Shown: positions 27,346 through 37,139 of the stretch, in pieces
How the letters are laid out: each line of letters opens with the position of its first letter
Position numbering within the stretch: the stretch's first letter is position 1
Assembly (NCBI GenBank): GCA_964548025.1
Contig: CAZJRI010000002.1
Span: forward strand, 26,175 to 90,174
DNA length: 64,000 nt
Direction: 5' to 3'
DNA from: an uncultured Pseudomonadales bacterium
Lineage (GTDB): Bacteria > Pseudomonadota > Gammaproteobacteria > Pseudomonadales > Azotimanducaceae
The notes under the pieces: model-generated
Databases searched by the model: none
Told to the model about the DNA's origin: nothing
Seen by the model: the letters and a program-made list of their open reading frames with translations, nothing else
Translations under genes and position numbers: made by a program

Positions 27346-29826
27346 TCATGCTTTAGAGGATTTTGAAGAGCGTAGAAACAGCATGCTTATTCCTAACTGG
27401 TCATAGGTAACTATAAGCAGGCTGGGCAATATTGTTAGATTTGCCAGCAGCGCGATCAGCATCGCCAGTGCCGTCAAAATACCAAAATAGACTGTAGGCA
27501 GAAAATTAGAGAAAGTGAGTATTGAGAAACCAATGATGATGGTCATTGAAGTAAAGTACATGGCTCTCCCAATTGTCAGATGCGCTCTTTTAATGGCAGC
27601 GTTGACATCGTGATCTACCGATACCTCTTCTTTAAACCTGTGCAAATAATGAATTGCATCGTCTACGCCGATACCAATGCTGATGGCTGCAATTGTAATG
27701 GTCATCATATCCATTGGAATACTGAGATAGCCCATAAATGCGAGTACAGAGGATGCAGCAATCAAATTGGGGATCAAGGCCAGTATGGCCAGAAGCATCG
27801 AGCGTAATAGCAGTGAAAACATAAAGAATGTGGCAAGCACAACATAAATCAGTGTTCGAAGCTGAGAATCTGCCAACTGTCTTAGCATGTCGTTGAAGAG
27901 AACCATCATACCGGTAACAACGAAGTCATCTTGTGCCAGACCCAATTCGTTTGTAGCGTATTTTTCAATATCCTCGATCATCTGTTGACGTGAGAATCGC
28001 GCACCAGTTTCGCTAAGACTCGCATTTATTCTGACGAGTCCATCTGCCGGACGAGCGTAGGGGTGCAGAAATTGTTCACGCAGGCTGGTGGGTAATTCTC
28101 CAATTACATAAGCGATTTCAAGCGTAGTGAGCTTCTTACCTTCGTTGAAGTCGCGAGAGATTTTCTCCAAAGTCGCAAGAGAAATAACTTTTCCGACATT
28201 TTTTTGTTGTTGCACAAATTCGTGTAATCGAGCAATCGTGTTTAATCTATCGAGGGTATACCAGTAACGGTCCGGGTATGTATCACTGCCCGTGAAAAAG
28301 TCATCCTCCTCATCGAGCGAGTCGAAAGCCTCGAATTGGATATAAATGTCGAAAGGCACGGTCCCGCCAAGATGATCGTTAATATATTTAAGACCTTCGT
28401 GAACATCCGTATCGCTGTCGAAATAATCAATAAAGCGATTATCGAATGAAATGAGCTTTAGTCCGTAAGCTGAAACCAAAGCCAGTACGATCGATATTGC
28501 CAGTACAGACCGACTGTTGTGTCTGGCGTGTTTGCTGAGAAACATGGTGAGTGCTACACGGGAGTTTAGCGTGGCGCTGGGGCTGGCCTCTCCCATTATT
28601 AACAACGCTGATGGAAAAACAGTATAGGTAACAATAAAGGCCAGGATAATACCAAGGCACATCATCCATCCAAAATCTTCAACAGGTACGATGTTGCTGC
28701 CAAGCATCGAGCCGAAAGCTAACAGTGTTGTTAAGGCTGTATAGAGGCAGGGTATGAACTTGCTCTGCATAGTCTGTAGTACAAGATCCATGTGGTTCAG
28801 GTCTGGTTTTGTGGAAAGAAGTTCACGATAGCGAACTATCAGGTGAATAGAGAATGAGATACAGATAATCGCCAGCAGCGATATAAAATTTGATGAAACG
28901 ACAGTAACAGGCTTTTGCAGATATCCCAAAAACCCGGTTGTAAATAATATGGTTATGGCGCTAATGACAATAGGTAGAAGCACCCATCTTCCACGACGAA
29001 AAAAATAATAGAGAAGTATTGCGGTACAAATAAATACAAGGCTGCCGAAGATCGCCAGGTCTGACCTGACGTAACGAATCATATCTGCCGCGATCATCGG
29101 TACGCCACTGATGAAGAGATTGGCACTCGTGGCATGCCTGTCGCGAATTAGCCTGATATTAGCAATAACCTCTTCACGGTGATCTACGTAAGATTTTCTG
29201 GCAACAATATATTCCTGTTCGGCGACATCAAGAAGTTCTGTTGGGTCCTCACTTTCTGTCGATGTGGTCCTCAATTTATCCCTGCGCTTCCTGATATCTT
29301 CCAGTTCGAATGCCTGGGTGAGGTCAAGTCTAATAATTGTTGACAATCCGTCAGATGAAAGCAGGTAATCTGCGAAAAGAGGACTATTTTGCAACTCTTC
29401 GCGCGCCAGATCCCGATCCACGTCGCTACTACGCAGGGTTTTGTAGTTTTGCGACATCTCTTCGATGTCACCAGGGAGGTTTTTGATCAATGGCGCATCA
29501 AGGATCGATAGCACACTTTCTACGCCTTCAATCGATGTTAGTTCGTTCTGAATTTCAGATATATGATCAAGTGATTCGTCAGTGAACAAACTGCCCTGGT
29601 CTTTGCGGGTATAGGTCACGACCAGAAATTCGTCACCACCGAAGATTTCGGTCATGTCCAGATAGGTTTTAAGCTTGGGATCGCCCTCAACAACCAGTGT
29701 GTCGGGGGAGGCATCGAACGTAAAATACTGGATATGATAGCTGGCCACAATCACGAGGCTAAACATGGCTGACAGTAATATCCTGGGATGTTCAAGGATA
29801 TATCGATAGATACTGATAATTGGCAT
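27346..29826 (-). CDS. RND-superfamily exporter (MMPL/HpnN-like, COG1033 type)
   Basis: Two 6-TM bundles separated by large soluble loops. Conserved GIGVDDAIHYL block in the second bundle. The stop lies 10 nt from the start of the APC gene. Confidence 0.85.
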   Translation of the reverse strand: MPIISIYRYILEHPRILLSAMFSLVIVASYHIQYFTFDASPDTLVVEGDPKLKTYLDMTEIFGGDEFLVVTYTRKDQGSLFTDESLDHISEIQNELTSIEGVESVLSILDAPLIKNLPGDIEEMSQNYKTLRSSDVDRDLAREELQNSPLFADYLLSSDGLSTIIRLDLTQAFELEDIRKRRDKLRTTSTESEDPTELLDVAEQEYIVARKSYVDHREEVIANIRLIRDRHATSANLFISGVPMIAADMIRYVRSDLAIFGSLVFICTAILLYYFFRRGRWVLLPIVISAITILFTTGFLGYLQKPVTVVSSNFISLLAIICISFSIHLIVRYRELLSTKPDLNHMDLVLQTMQSKFIPCLYTALTTLLAFGSMLGSNIVPVEDFGWMMCLGIILAFIVTYTVFPSALLIMGEASPSATLNSRVALTMFLSKHARHNSRSVLAISIVLALVSAYGLKLISFDNRFIDYFDSDTDVHEGLKYINDHLGGTVPFDIYIQFEAFDSLDEEDDFFTGSDTYPDRYWYTLDRLNTIARLHEFVQQQKNVGKVISLATLEKISRDFNEGKKLTTLEIAYVIGELPTSLREQFLHPYARPADGLVRINASLSETGARFSRQQMIEDIEKYATNELGLAQDDFVVTGMMVLFNDMLRQLADSQLRTLIYVVLATFFMFSLLLRSMLLAILALIPNLIAASSVLAFMGYLSIPMDMMTITIAAISIGIGVDDAIHYLHRFKEEVSVDHDVNAAIKRAHLTIGRAMYFTSMTIIIGFSILTFSNFLPTVYFGILTALAMLIALLANLTILPSLLIVTYDQLGISMLFLRSSKSSKA

Positions 29827-29991
29827 TAAGTTTCTAAAAGTCAGCAATCAATGTAATGATTTTTATCAGGAATGAGTCCAGTCTTTCGCATCTCTTTATA
29901 TCAGGTGCTATAGGCCATAGCGAACAGATTACCCTAAAGCAGGCATGAGAGTCTCTTGTTCGTAGAGAATTCAGGCTGGATTTGACATTGC

Positions 29992-30033
29992 TTGATTCGA
30001 ATCAATGTCGCATTTGATACATTCTCGGATAAT
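29992..30033 (+). promoter_or_regulatory. FNR/Anr box plus -10 hexamer (class II geometry) upstream of the usp-usp-cytochrome c-ftsH cluster
   Basis: TTGATTCGAATCAA (29992-30005) is a perfect TTGAT-N4-ATCAA. GATAAT at 30028-30033 puts the box centre near -41.5 relative to a TSS at about 30040. Confidence 0.6.
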
Positions 30034-30125
30034 ATAGATAGTGCTTTCCTGTACGGGTCGTAACTTGTATAAAGAGACAAACCTGTACTTGATAAATACC
30101 GCCGCCCTGAGGAAAGGAGAAGACT

Positions 30126-31022
30126 ATGATTACTCTCAAAAAAGTTGAAGTTGTAATCGACCCGAATAGTGAGTCTCAGCCATCCCTGGACAAAGCGCTA
30201 ATACTCGCGAAACTTCAGGACTTTGAGATCAAGCTAATAGCATGTGAGTATTCACAGTATCTGGTAGAGGGATACTACTTTGATGCCGTAGATATACCAA
30301 GGTTAAGAGATGAATACCTTGAGGAACACAGAAACCGACTGGAAACATTAGCCGCGCCCCTTAGAGAGAATGGCATTATGGTTACAACGGAGGCGTTGTG
30401 GGGTCATCCTGGATATGAAGTCCTCATCAAAGACGCTGTGAGTTGGGGGGCTGATCTCGTCATTCACAATACAAGACGACATTCAGCTTTATCTCGATTG
30501 TTCCTCACCAATGATGATTGGCAATTGGTTCGATGTTGCCCCGTTCCCCTGCTTCTGGTGAAAGACAAACTCTGGAAAGACAAACCGGCAATACTCGCCG
30601 CGGTTGATCCGAGCCATGGAAGGCATAAGCCAGAGGGGCTGGACCACAAGATTCTGAGAGTTTCATCAGATCTTAAGGAACTGCTTGATGGTGATATGTT
30701 CGTACTACATGCATATGGCCAGATTCCCTTGTCAGGTACTTATCCAAAGCAAGCCAAAGTAGAACATGAGAAATCTTTTACCGAGCTGATGTCTGATTTT
30801 GAAGTACCCCGTATGCAGCAACATCTGATGGAGGAGATTCCAGAGTATGCCCTTCGAACGCTTGAAAAAGATCTGCAAGCAGATCTGGTGGTTATGGGAG
30901 GGATCTCAAGGAATATACTCTCGGAAGCATTTATAGGCAGTACGACTGAGAAAGTGCTTGATTATCTCGAATGCGACGTACTCGTATTGAAGCCGGATAA
31001 TTTTATAAGCCCGGTGAAGTAG
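30126..31022 (+). CDS. tandem-domain universal stress protein (UspE-like)
   Basis: Two USP domains. The second ends in the VVMGGISRN...GSTTEKVLDYLECDVLVLKP ATP-binding motif. RBS GGAAAGGAGAAG. Confidence 0.8.
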   Translation: MITLKKVEVVIDPNSESQPSLDKALILAKLQDFEIKLIACEYSQYLVEGYYFDAVDIPRLRDEYLEEHRNRLETLAAPLRENGIMVTTEALWGHPGYEVLIKDAVSWGADLVIHNTRRHSALSRLFLTNDDWQLVRCCPVPLLLVKDKLWKDKPAILAAVDPSHGRHKPEGLDHKILRVSSDLKELLDGDMFVLHAYGQIPLSGTYPKQAKVEHEKSFTELMSDFEVPRMQQHLMEEIPEYALRTLEKDLQADLVVMGGISRNILSEAFIGSTTEKVLDYLECDVLVLKPDNFISPVK

Positions 31023-31055
31023 TTGAGAGGCAAACAGAGTAAAAGGAGACTGTAG

Positions 31056-31511
31056 ATGGCTAGATACAATAAAGTTTTATTAGCGTTGGACCTTCGGAGT
31101 GACAATGAGGAGATCATAGAGAAAGCAAAAGAGATAGTGGCTGACAATGATGCTGAATTGCTGATTGTGCACGTACATGAACGTATATCGCCTGCCTATG
31201 CAACGGAGGGTATGTCTACCTGGGGGAGCAATTTGATGTCACTTGAAGCAGATATTCGCCGCGAGTCCACAGAGAAACTCTCAGAGATGACAACGCGCCT
31301 GGGAATCAAGAAGGAGAACAGCTTTCTGTGTGATGGCAGGGCGGCGAATGAAATTCATACACTTGTTGATGAAAACGATATCGATCTGATTGTCATGGGG
31401 ACACACGGTCAACATGGCTTGCAACTGCTGCTGGGTTCAACGGCAAACAGCGTACTTCATGGGGCGAAATGTGATGTGCTTGCCGTGAGGGTTGGGAATA
31501 GCGGTAAATAA
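31056..31511 (+). CDS. universal stress protein (UspA family)
   Basis: Single USP domain with the terminal motif LIVMGTHGQHGL..LLGSTANSVLHGAKCDVLAV. Confidence 0.85.
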   Translation: MARYNKVLLALDLRSDNEEIIEKAKEIVADNDAELLIVHVHERISPAYATEGMSTWGSNLMSLEADIRRESTEKLSEMTTRLGIKKENSFLCDGRAANEIHTLVDENDIDLIVMGTHGQHGLQLLLGSTANSVLHGAKCDVLAVRVGNSGK

Positions 31512-31570
31512 ATCCTGTTCTCTTAAGAGAAACAGATGAATTCGGCTATCACGTATAAAGGAGCCAAAAT

Positions 31571-32170
31571 ATGAGAAACACTATAGGGAGCTTTTTTACC
31601 TGTATTTCACTGTTGTTCCTCCTCGGTTCCTGCAGTTACTACAATCCATTGGTGGATTACGACAATGTAACCCCGTCAACAATGCAGGAAGCCCCCGCTG
31701 GTCCAAGCGATTATCCCATTGAACAGGTGATGCGGGGTAAATACATGGCAGAGTTGCTGGCCTGCGGTACCTGTCATACAGATGGCGCTTTGATCGGTGA
31801 ACCTAATGCTAAAAGACTCTATGGCGGATCAGCGATTGGCATAGCCTATTCAAATCCTTTCGAGGAGAAACTGCCGGGAGTAATCTACCCGGCCAATATA
31901 ACCCCCGACAAAAGTACGGGTATAGGTAGCTGGACAGACGATGAAATCACCCGCTTGATTCGATCCGGCGTAGACAAGCATGGCAGACGTCAATTATCGG
32001 TGATGCCATGGCCCGGATATGCCAAAATCACAGATGAGGATGCCAAAGCGATTGTTGCATATCTGCGTAGTCTAAAACCGGTCCAGTACAGGGTACCGGC
32101 AAATGTCGATCCCGGGCAGAAGGCCGTTGCACCATTCGTTCACTTTGGAGTCTATAAAAGCAAACGCTAA
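31571..32170 (+). CDS. mono-haem c-type cytochrome lipoprotein
   Basis: LLGSC lipobox and CGTCH haem motif. NITPDKSTGIGSWTDDE and MPWPGY resemble domains of dehydrogenase-associated cytochrome c subunits. Confidence 0.75.
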   Translation: MRNTIGSFFTCISLLFLLGSCSYYNPLVDYDNVTPSTMQEAPAGPSDYPIEQVMRGKYMAELLACGTCHTDGALIGEPNAKRLYGGSAIGIAYSNPFEEKLPGVIYPANITPDKSTGIGSWTDDEITRLIRSGVDKHGRRQLSVMPWPGYAKITDEDAKAIVAYLRSLKPVQYRVPANVDPGQKAVAPFVHFGVYKSKR

Positions 32171-32182
32171 GCTCCTGGAGCG

Positions 32183-34027
32183 ATGGCTATGGATCAAGAC
32201 GACAGACCGGATCAGCAACGCCCGCTGACCTCCGGTTCGTGGTTGAATATTGCAATTTGGGTCATATTCGCAATGACAGTTGCGACAATGTTGACACGGG
32301 AAACGGTCTCGGACGAAATTCCTTATTCAGTATTCAAACAACAGGTTAGAGACGATCTTGTAGAGTCGGTCACCCTGCGTGGCAACGCGATTGCGGGCGT
32401 ATACCGTTTTTCTGAGCAACCCGACAAGAAGGGTTTCACCACACTGCTTCCGCCAATTGCCGATGCAGACCTGATCCCACTTCTCGAAGAAAAAAACGTG
32501 ATTGTCAAAGTGCAATCAACAGAGAATGCCACCTGGGTCACCATCCTGCTCAATATTGCGCCCTGGGTGTTTATATTCGGACTCTTCTTCATGAGTCGCC
32601 AGCTTTTAGGCAAGCAGCTTTTGCCAGGCAGCGGTGGGTTCACCAAATCAAAGGCAAGACTGGCAGAGGCTGAAGATATAAAAACCTCCTATGACGATAT
32701 AGCGGGCCTGGTAAATGCAAAAAAAGATCTGCAGGAGATTATTGACTACCTTAAGAATCCAGAGAAATTCAGAAAGCTTGGTGCCAGAATTCCAAAAGGT
32801 ATTCTGCTGATGGGTCCACCGGGCACCGGCAAGACTTTGCTTGCCAAAGCAACTGCTGGAGAAGCAGCAGTACCCTTTTTTAGTATTACCGGCTCGGAAT
32901 TTGTCGAGATGTTCGTTGGTGTGGGTGCTTCAAGAGTGCGTGATATGTTCCAGCAGGCTCGAAGTGCAGCACCGTCACTGATATTCATTGATGAAATAGA
33001 TTCAGTGGGTCGATCCCGCAGTGGCGCTTTCGGTATGAACAACGACGAACGGGAGCAAACACTTAACCAGATTCTGGCCGAAATGGATGGTTTCAATGAA
33101 GAGGAAACAGTCGTTGTACTTGCAGCGACGAACAGGCCGGACGTGCTGGATGCCGCTCTGCTAAGACCCGGCAGATTTGACAGAAAAGTCATACTCGATC
33201 TACCGCAAAAACAGGCAAGAGAAGATATTCTGAAAGTTCATACCAGGAAGGTGCCTTTATCCGAGGACGTTGACCTTGCGAGCATCGCATCCGGTACTGT
33301 CGGATTCTCGGGAGCGGACCTGGCGAATCTCGTAAATGAAGCAGCTTTGCTGGCAACCAGAAGAGAAAAGTCAGCAGTCTCACACGCAGAATTTGAAGGC
33401 GCGCGAGACAAGATCATCATGGGGGATCGCAGGGAGGCGCTGCTATCAGAGGAAGAGAAAAACCGAACAGCCTATCATGAGGCTGGTCATGCAATTACTG
33501 CATTCTATATGCCCCATGCCGATTCACTGCGCAAAATCAGCATCATCCCCAGAGGTAGGGCTCTCGGGATGACAGAACAGTCTCCTAAAGAAGACATGCT
33601 GAATTACTCCCAGCACTACCTGGAGGACAGACTGGCAATTCTACTTGGCGGTCGGGTGGCCGAGAATCTGGTTTTTGAAGAAGTGAGTTCCGGTGCTGCA
33701 GATGATCTGAAACAGGCCACGCATCTTGCCAGGCATATGATTTCGGAATGGGGCATGAATGAGAATCTGGGTCCCATTACCTTCAGAGAAGCGGAACAGA
33801 ATTTTCTCGGCCAGGATTTGACCTCAAACAGAGACTATAGCGAACATACCGCTGAGATGATTGACGAAGAGGTGAGCAGACTGATACTCGAAAACGAAAA
33901 AAGAGCCCTTGTGGTCCAGGAAGCACATCGGGATCAACTGGATAGCCTTGCCAGTGCATTGCTTGAATTTGAGTCACTTAATGAGGATGAAATAAACAAA
34001 TGCATGGCGGAGTCAGGTTCGGAGTAA
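32183..34027 (+). CDS. ftsH: ATP-dependent zinc metalloprotease FtsH (possibly a paralogue, judged from context)
   Basis: Two N-terminal TMs, Walker A GPPGTGKT, Walker B IIFIDEID, SRH TNRPDVLDAALLRPGRFD, zinc site HEAGHA. Confidence 0.9.
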   Translation: MAMDQDDRPDQQRPLTSGSWLNIAIWVIFAMTVATMLTRETVSDEIPYSVFKQQVRDDLVESVTLRGNAIAGVYRFSEQPDKKGFTTLLPPIADADLIPLLEEKNVIVKVQSTENATWVTILLNIAPWVFIFGLFFMSRQLLGKQLLPGSGGFTKSKARLAEAEDIKTSYDDIAGLVNAKKDLQEIIDYLKNPEKFRKLGARIPKGILLMGPPGTGKTLLAKATAGEAAVPFFSITGSEFVEMFVGVGASRVRDMFQQARSAAPSLIFIDEIDSVGRSRSGAFGMNNDEREQTLNQILAEMDGFNEEETVVVLAATNRPDVLDAALLRPGRFDRKVILDLPQKQAREDILKVHTRKVPLSEDVDLASIASGTVGFSGADLANLVNEAALLATRREKSAVSHAEFEGARDKIIMGDRREALLSEEEKNRTAYHEAGHAITAFYMPHADSLRKISIIPRGRALGMTEQSPKEDMLNYSQHYLEDRLAILLGGRVAENLVFEEVSSGAADDLKQATHLARHMISEWGMNENLGPITFREAEQNFLGQDLTSNRDYSEHTAEMIDEEVSRLILENEKRALVVQEAHRDQLDSLASALLEFESLNEDEINKCMAESGSE

Positions 34028-34148
34028 TTCATTCGCTCCGATCCGAATGGCACTTACTTAAAACACCAGTCCTGCTCGCCGCTAGCAGTTATTAGTGCCT
34101 AAAGTTAGTGCCATTCTACTCCAAGCCAAATTTCGCCACCTTCAGTCG

Positions 34149-35153
34149 CTAAGTCAACTCCTCCGCAAGAAATCGCATCGTATCGATATCTGCCGTACCG
34201 ACATTCAACTGAGTCACCGGGCTTTCTTTCCAGGCGGCCAGACGCTCGCGAATACGTTCTTTCGGTCCGCACAGTGAAATTTCATCAACAAGCTGATCCG
34301 GCACTGCAGCGATAGCCTGATCACGTTGACCGGACAGGAATAATTCCTGGATCTTGTCTGCTTCGGCACCAAATCCCTGACGTGTGATGTGGTCCTTGTG
34401 TACGTTGAATGTTTTTGCGCCCATGCCGCCAACATAAAAACCCACCTGCTGCTTGATCTGATTTAGCGCACGATCTACATCGTCATCAATAATGACAGGT
34501 ACCGCAGCAGCTATTTCAAAATTTGAGGACTTAATTGCCATAGCGTCTTTGTAGACATCCATCATGCGATAGGGTGACAAGAACATGGGTATCCATCCAT
34601 CACAGAGTTCTGCGCTTAGCGCCACGTTTTTGGGACCTTCAGCGCCCAGGTAGAGAGGAATATGATCGCGAATGGGATGCAGGATCAGTTTTAGTGGTTT
34701 GCCTAATCCTGTACCGCCAGGATACGGTAATTGATAATGCTTGCCATCGTGAGCGACAGGCTCTTCCCGGGAAACAATCTTGCGGAAGATATCAATCCAT
34801 TCTCGGGTTCGTGCCAGCGGTTTTGGATAAGGTTGACCGTACCAGCCTTCAACGACTTGTGGTCCGGATACGCCGATACCCAGAATCAGTCGGCCGTTTG
34901 AAAGATAGTCAAGAGAAACAGCGTGCATCGCAGCACTGGCAGGGGTACGGGCCGATATCTGCATAATCGAGGTACCCAGGTTTATGCGTTCAGTATGTGC
35001 GCCGATCCACGCAAGCGGCGTAAAACAGTCTGCGCCATAGATCTCCGGGCTCCAGATCGTGTCGTAACCGAGTGCCTCTGCTTCCTTGGCAAGTTCAATA
35101 ATCTTTGCACCACCTGGTGCCCCCATTGGTCCAACACCCAGTCCCAGTTTCAC
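34149..35153 (-). CDS. luciferase-like (LLM class) flavin/F420-dependent oxidoreductase
   Basis: The LGYDTIWSPEIYG, SARTPA, RLILGIGVSGPQVVEGWYG and C-terminal LCGP blocks are typical of the LLM family. Confidence 0.85.
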   Translation of the reverse strand: MKLGLGVGPMGAPGGAKIIELAKEAEALGYDTIWSPEIYGADCFTPLAWIGAHTERINLGTSIMQISARTPASAAMHAVSLDYLSNGRLILGIGVSGPQVVEGWYGQPYPKPLARTREWIDIFRKIVSREEPVAHDGKHYQLPYPGGTGLGKPLKLILHPIRDHIPLYLGAEGPKNVALSAELCDGWIPMFLSPYRMMDVYKDAMAIKSSNFEIAAAVPVIIDDDVDRALNQIKQQVGFYVGGMGAKTFNVHKDHITRQGFGAEADKIQELFLSGQRDQAIAAVPDQLVDEISLCGPKERIRERLAAWKESPVTQLNVGTADIDTMRFLAEELT

Positions 35154-35349
35154 GGCAGTCTCCTTTATTGATAGTTAGGGATAGCATACACGTGATGGGG
35201 GTTTGAGATAAATGGGATCGGAACAGAATGATACTAAAGTATGCACGTCACACTGTGTAGTTCGATATACCGTTGCGAGCCTGGGCTCTCCACTCAATGA
35301 GTTCCTTGATGTATATCTGTTAAATGAATTGAGAATACTCAATCAAAGT

Positions 35350-35369
35350 AACTGTTTATTTATACAGTA
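35350..35369. promoter_or_regulatory. LexA (SOS) box upstream of dinB
   Basis: AACTGTTTATTTATACAGTA contains an exact CTGT-N8-ACAG and matches TACTG(TA)5CAGTA at 17 of 20 positions. It lies 19 nt upstream of the dinB ATG. Confidence 0.8.
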
Positions 35370-35387
35370 TTAAAGTAAGCTGACTAC

Positions 35388-36605
35388 ATGAAAACCTGGC
35401 CTCGCATTGTCATACATGCTGATATGGACGCGTTTTATGCTGCCGTTGAACAGCTTGATAATCCGGCTCTTCGTGGCAAACCTGTACTGATTGGTCCGAA
35501 TAGCTATCGAGGTGTTGTGCTCACTGCAAGTTATGAAGCACGGCCCTTCGGCGTTGGCAGTGCCATGCCTGTAGCGGAAGCACGCAGAAGATGTCCCGAG
35601 GCGATCATGGTGCCGCCAAGGTTTAGTCGCTATCAGGAGATTTCAGAGAAAGTCATGCAGGTTTTTGGTGATTTTTCGCCCTCTGTTGAAGCATTGTCAC
35701 TCGATGAAGCTTTCCTCGAGATGTCAGGTGCTGAACATATCTTTGGACCACCGGTTGAAATGGGGCGCAAGATCAAGTCGGCCGTCAGAGATGCGACGCA
35801 GCTTAACATATCTGTTGGGGTATCAGGAACCAAGTATGTTGCCAAGGTTGCAAGTGCGCATGACAAGCCTGACGGCCTGACAGTCGTTCCACAGACAGAC
35901 GCTGAATCATGGCTGGCGCCACAGTCTGTCACAAGATTGTGGGGGGTTGGCAAGAAGACAGCACCCAGATTACTTGCACTTGGATATAAGACCATAGGCG
36001 ATATAGCAACTGCAGATCCTGGCAGGCTGTCGAGAGAACTAGGCTCTTCAGGATCACATTTCTATGAACTTGCCCATGCGCGTGATCCGCGACGAGTCTT
36101 AAGGGGTCGTTCAGCGAAAAGCGTCGGTTCCGACCGGACTTTGAGTCACGATATATCCTCCATTGCGGAAATTGAGGTGCATTTGCGCCGATCAGCCAGT
36201 CGAATTGCGAGGCGAATCAGGAAGAAAAACTATGTTGCCGGTGGCATTAGAGTCAGACTTAAAACGAACAAGTTTGAGTTGCTGTCACGCCAGTGCCAGT
36301 TAAAAAAACCAGCAGATACCGCGAGTGCCTTTTTTAGTACCGCGCGAAAGTTATTAAGACAGTTTGACCACAAAGGTCCATTTCGACTGGTCGGCATGGC
36401 GGCGTTTGACCTGTCCTTTAGAGATGAGCCTCTGCAACTGGACTTCTTCGAAGATCATGGTGATCGTGAGCTTGAGATCGTTATCGATGATCTGGCCGAT
36501 CGATTTGGCAGTGAAATCGTTGTCCCGGCCCGGGACCTGGGTAAGTCAGGTGTTATTGGCAACGGCGTGAATCTGGATTTCCTGGATCACATGGCGTCGG
36601 ATTAA
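35388..36605 (+). CDS. dinB: DNA polymerase IV (Y-family)
   Basis: IIHADMDAFYAAVEQ and SLDEAFLE catalytic blocks, VSGTKYVAKVAS, and a little-finger region. Preceded by a LexA box. Confidence 0.9.
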   Translation: MKTWPRIVIHADMDAFYAAVEQLDNPALRGKPVLIGPNSYRGVVLTASYEARPFGVGSAMPVAEARRRCPEAIMVPPRFSRYQEISEKVMQVFGDFSPSVEALSLDEAFLEMSGAEHIFGPPVEMGRKIKSAVRDATQLNISVGVSGTKYVAKVASAHDKPDGLTVVPQTDAESWLAPQSVTRLWGVGKKTAPRLLALGYKTIGDIATADPGRLSRELGSSGSHFYELAHARDPRRVLRGRSAKSVGSDRTLSHDISSIAEIEVHLRRSASRIARRIRKKNYVAGGIRVRLKTNKFELLSRQCQLKKPADTASAFFSTARKLLRQFDHKGPFRLVGMAAFDLSFRDEPLQLDFFEDHGDRELEIVIDDLADRFGSEIVVPARDLGKSGVIGNGVNLDFLDHMASD

Positions 36606-36720
36606 GGTCCATCCACCATTTTTGGTCTAATCCATTTATCCAACTAATTCTACCCTCCACCTATCGACTGACCCAGCCAAAAAGGTATTATTACAAGAAA
36701 ACACGCATGAGGATTAGCGA

Positions 36721-37137
36721 ATGGCGTACGACAAACCGATACCCAACCAGGGCACACATACCAAGCCCTTCTGGGAAGGGACGAAACAAGGAAAGCTGAT
36801 GTTACCCCGGTGTCAGGACTGCAATCGAGTGCACTGGTATCCGCGCTTTATCTGTCCCTCCTGTCATTCAACCAATTTGGAATGGATCGAAGGTAGTGGT
36901 GAAGGCACCGTGCATACCTATGCAGTTCAGCATTTGGCGTTTGGGCCATGGGCTGAAGAAGCGCCCTATGTCACAGCTTATATTGACCTTAAGGAAGGTG
37001 ATCGCATGCTAACTGTTTTGCGAGGGGTTGATCCCAATAAACCTGAAGAGATCAGGATAGGAAGCAAAGTGAAAGTAGAATTTGAAAAAGCCAACGACGA
37101 TATGCATATACCGTTCTGGCGCGTGGTGGGGGAGTAG
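36721..37137 (+). CDS. DUF35 Zn-ribbon/OB-fold protein (thiolase-associated)
   Basis: FWEGTKQGKLMLPRCQDCNRVHWYPRFICPSCHS four-Cys ribbon followed by an OB fold. Stop is 2 nt before the thiolase-like gene. Confidence 0.8.
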   Translation: MAYDKPIPNQGTHTKPFWEGTKQGKLMLPRCQDCNRVHWYPRFICPSCHSTNLEWIEGSGEGTVHTYAVQHLAFGPWAEEAPYVTAYIDLKEGDRMLTVLRGVDPNKPEEIRIGSKVKVEFEKANDDMHIPFWRVVGE

Positions 37138-37139
37138 TT

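Noticed and set aside
35329-35342. The palindrome TTGAGAATACTCAA upstream of dinB as an FNR/CRP-family site.
   Set aside because: Both half-sites deviate symmetrically from TTGAT/ATCAA, and there is no supporting promoter geometry. It may be part of the dinB -35 region.
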